In this document: piece by piece, positions 14,809 to 16,262 of the stretch
Layout of the letters: each line of letters begins with the position of its first letter
Position numbering within the stretch: position 1 is the stretch's first letter
Assembly (NCBI GenBank): GCA_027460535.1
Contig: JAPZAR010000017.1
Coordinates: 1 to 16,262 of the forward strand
Direction: 5' to 3'
Length of the DNA: 16,262 bases
Source of the DNA: Candidatus Methanoperedens sp.
GTDB lineage: Archaea; Halobacteriota; Methanosarcinia; Methanosarcinales; Methanoperedenaceae
The notes under the pieces: generated by a model
What the model was told of the DNA's origin: nothing
Databases searched by the model: none
The model's input: the letters and a program-made list of their open reading frames with translations, nothing else
Position numbers and translations under genes: made by a program

Positions 14809-14841
14809 TAAGAACAATTGTTAATAATATCGGATACAATA

Positions 14842-16020
14842 ATGATCGAAAAACAACATAAAATTTTAGAAAAAATTGCCCGGGAACACGGTACGCCGGT
14901 TTTTATTGTAGATCATGAAAAGATCAGGAAGAATTATCGTGAATTCAGGGAAAAATTGCCTGACGTGCAGGCATATTTTGCTGTTAAGGCAAATTCCAAT
15001 CCTGAAATTATCAAAACTATGTATGATATGGGAGCAAGTTTTGACGTGGCTTCTTTCCCTGAATTTATGCTTGTTCATAATAATATCAAGCATTTGCCAG
15101 AAAAAGAACGGCAGGATTTTATCTGGGACAAAATTATCTATGCTAATACCATCAAGCCTGCCGAAGTCCTGGCTAAGTTAAATGAATATAAGATATTAGT
15201 TACTTTTGATAACGTTGAAGAATTGAGAAAGATAAAAAAACATGCCCCGGATGTTGGTCTGGTTCTAAGGATCCGCGTACCCAATACCGGTTCTATGGTT
15301 GAGCTTTCCTCAAAATTTGGAGCCCATCCTGGAGAAGCGGTGGATCTTATCGCTGAAGCCGTGAATTTAGGGCTTGGAGTTGAAGGCATTAGTTTCCACG
15401 TGGGCAGCCAGTGCAATAATTTTGATAACTATTCGCAAGCTTTGAATTTCGCCTCCTCGATTTTCAAGGAAGCGGAATTGAGAAATTATCAAATTGGGTT
15501 TATTGACAAAGAAGGCAAAAAACGAAAGATTTTGGATATTGGCGGCGGCTTTCCGGTAAAGTACACGCCGGACGTAAAATCTTTTTCCGCCCTGTCTGAA
15601 ATTTTGAATTCGGAAATAAAGCGTTTGTTCCCCAATGATGATATTCAGGTTATTGCCGAGCCGGGAAGATTTATGGTGGCAACGGCCTGTACCTTGGTCA
15701 CGAAAATTATTGGCAAAGCTGTTCGTGATGGAAAAACATGCTATTATCTGAACGACGGTGTTTATCATACTTTTTCCGGACAGGTTTTTGATCATCAGCA
15801 CTATCCGCTGCATTCCTTCAAGGGCGGAGAGAAAAAAGTTTGCGCTACATTTGGCCCCACTTGCGATGCTTTCGACACTATTTCGCTGGCCGATGAGCTG
15901 CCGGAAGATCTGCAAATTGACGATTTGCTTTATGCTGAAAATATTGGTGCCTATACGATCGCTTCAACCACCTATTTTAACGGTTTCCCGCCTCCAAAAG
16001 TGGTGCATTTGAATAAATAA
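14842..16020 (+). CDS. PLP-dependent ornithine (Orn/Lys/Arg) decarboxylase, alanine-racemase fold (group IV)
   Basis: It has the PLP-lysine motif YFAVKANSNP, the phosphate-binding motif DIGGGFP, the EPGRFMVA motif and the substrate-site FGPTCDAFD. The likely start is the ATG at 14842 (MIEKQHKILEKIAREHGTPVFIVD) rather than the TTG at 14818. Confidence 0.88.
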   Translation: MIEKQHKILEKIAREHGTPVFIVDHEKIRKNYREFREKLPDVQAYFAVKANSNPEIIKTMYDMGASFDVASFPEFMLVHNNIKHLPEKERQDFIWDKIIYANTIKPAEVLAKLNEYKILVTFDNVEELRKIKKHAPDVGLVLRIRVPNTGSMVELSSKFGAHPGEAVDLIAEAVNLGLGVEGISFHVGSQCNNFDNYSQALNFASSIFKEAELRNYQIGFIDKEGKKRKILDIGGGFPVKYTPDVKSFSALSEILNSEIKRLFPNDDIQVIAEPGRFMVATACTLVTKIIGKAVRDGKTCYYLNDGVYHTFSGQVFDHQHYPLHSFKGGEKKVCATFGPTCDAFDTISLADELPEDLQIDDLLYAENIGAYTIASTTYFNGFPPPKVVHLNK

Positions 16021-16130
16021 GGTTCATCAATAACGATTCTGGCACATGTAGAATATTTCCAGGATAAATTTATGTTAAAACATTTCCAGTTCTTCAAAAA
16101 CTTCAAAGCGATCTTTATTAAAAGTAAATA

Positions 16131-16262
16131 ACCCAACTTTTACCCTTGGTTATGACAACAGCCAAAAACATCCATAATTTTTTTCTGCTCTTCAGTCACA
16201 GAACTCGTTCTTTTTAACAGCTTATCTCCATGATGGATGTTAACAGTGTAGACATTCTCCAG
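16131..16262 (-). repeat. Right arm of the perfect 132-bp inverted repeat. Same IS-like element end, with the ORF 3' end reading inward on the minus strand (stop at 16140-16142).
   Basis: It is the exact reverse complement of 8-139 and is truncated by the window edge, so the true repeat is probably longer. Confidence 0.85.

Noticed and set aside
13612-14817. Several 60-113 aa ORFs on both strands within the homospermidine synthase gene
   Set aside because: They are alternative-frame or antisense ORFs in an AT-rich gene and are basic and low complexity. The 486-aa frame is the one with recognisable motifs.
15367-15915. 182-aa minus-strand ORF inside the decarboxylase gene
   Set aside because: It is antisense to a gene with clear PLP-decarboxylase motifs and has no features of its own.
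8-16262. Inverted terminal repeats of a linear plasmid, virus or Borg-like extrachromosomal element
   Set aside because: The left arm starts 7 nt inside the window, so the repeat is not strictly terminal. Each arm carries the end of an inward-reading ORF, as an IS would. The content is dominated by single-copy housekeeping genes (cbf5, cmk, adk, tyrS, tRNA-Ser). Inverted IS copies or an assembly break in a repeat are more parsimonious.

Overview
This is an archaeal chromosomal segment. Supporting genes are Cbf5, archaeal-type cytidylate kinase and TyrRS, a DUF106/EMC3-like membrane protein, a tRNA-Ser, and AT-rich TATA-like promoters. It looks euryarchaeal or methanogen-like, but the exact taxon cannot be determined by eye. 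The middle holds a tightly packed minus-strand housekeeping operon, adk-DUF106-cmk-cbf5, followed by tRNA-Ser(GGA). The left part holds hypothetical genes (two secreted proteins, a membrane protein, a TPR protein, a small RHH protein). The right part holds an orphan ABC ATPase, a Dabb-domain gene, tyrS, and a plus-strand homospermidine synthase plus ornithine decarboxylase pair. The stand-out is a visibly AT-rich two-gene cassette on the plus strand (9073-10712). It encodes a 78-aa peptide ending in GYCQCKCSSTSDCGGGGGGS, followed by a radical SAM/SPASM enzyme with an N-terminal PqqD-like peptide-recognition domain. This is a RiPP-like system in an archaeon with a core I cannot assign to a known class. 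The cassette is bracketed by the intact 3' end of the ABC ATPase gene and a decayed ghost copy of that same 3' end. Two other structures are notable. The two window edges are a perfect 132-bp inverted repeat, probably the ends of two inverted IS-like copies. The two adjacent secreted-protein genes share a nearly identical 56-nt structured leader element. All calls come from reading the sequence and ORF translations; no database search was possible.
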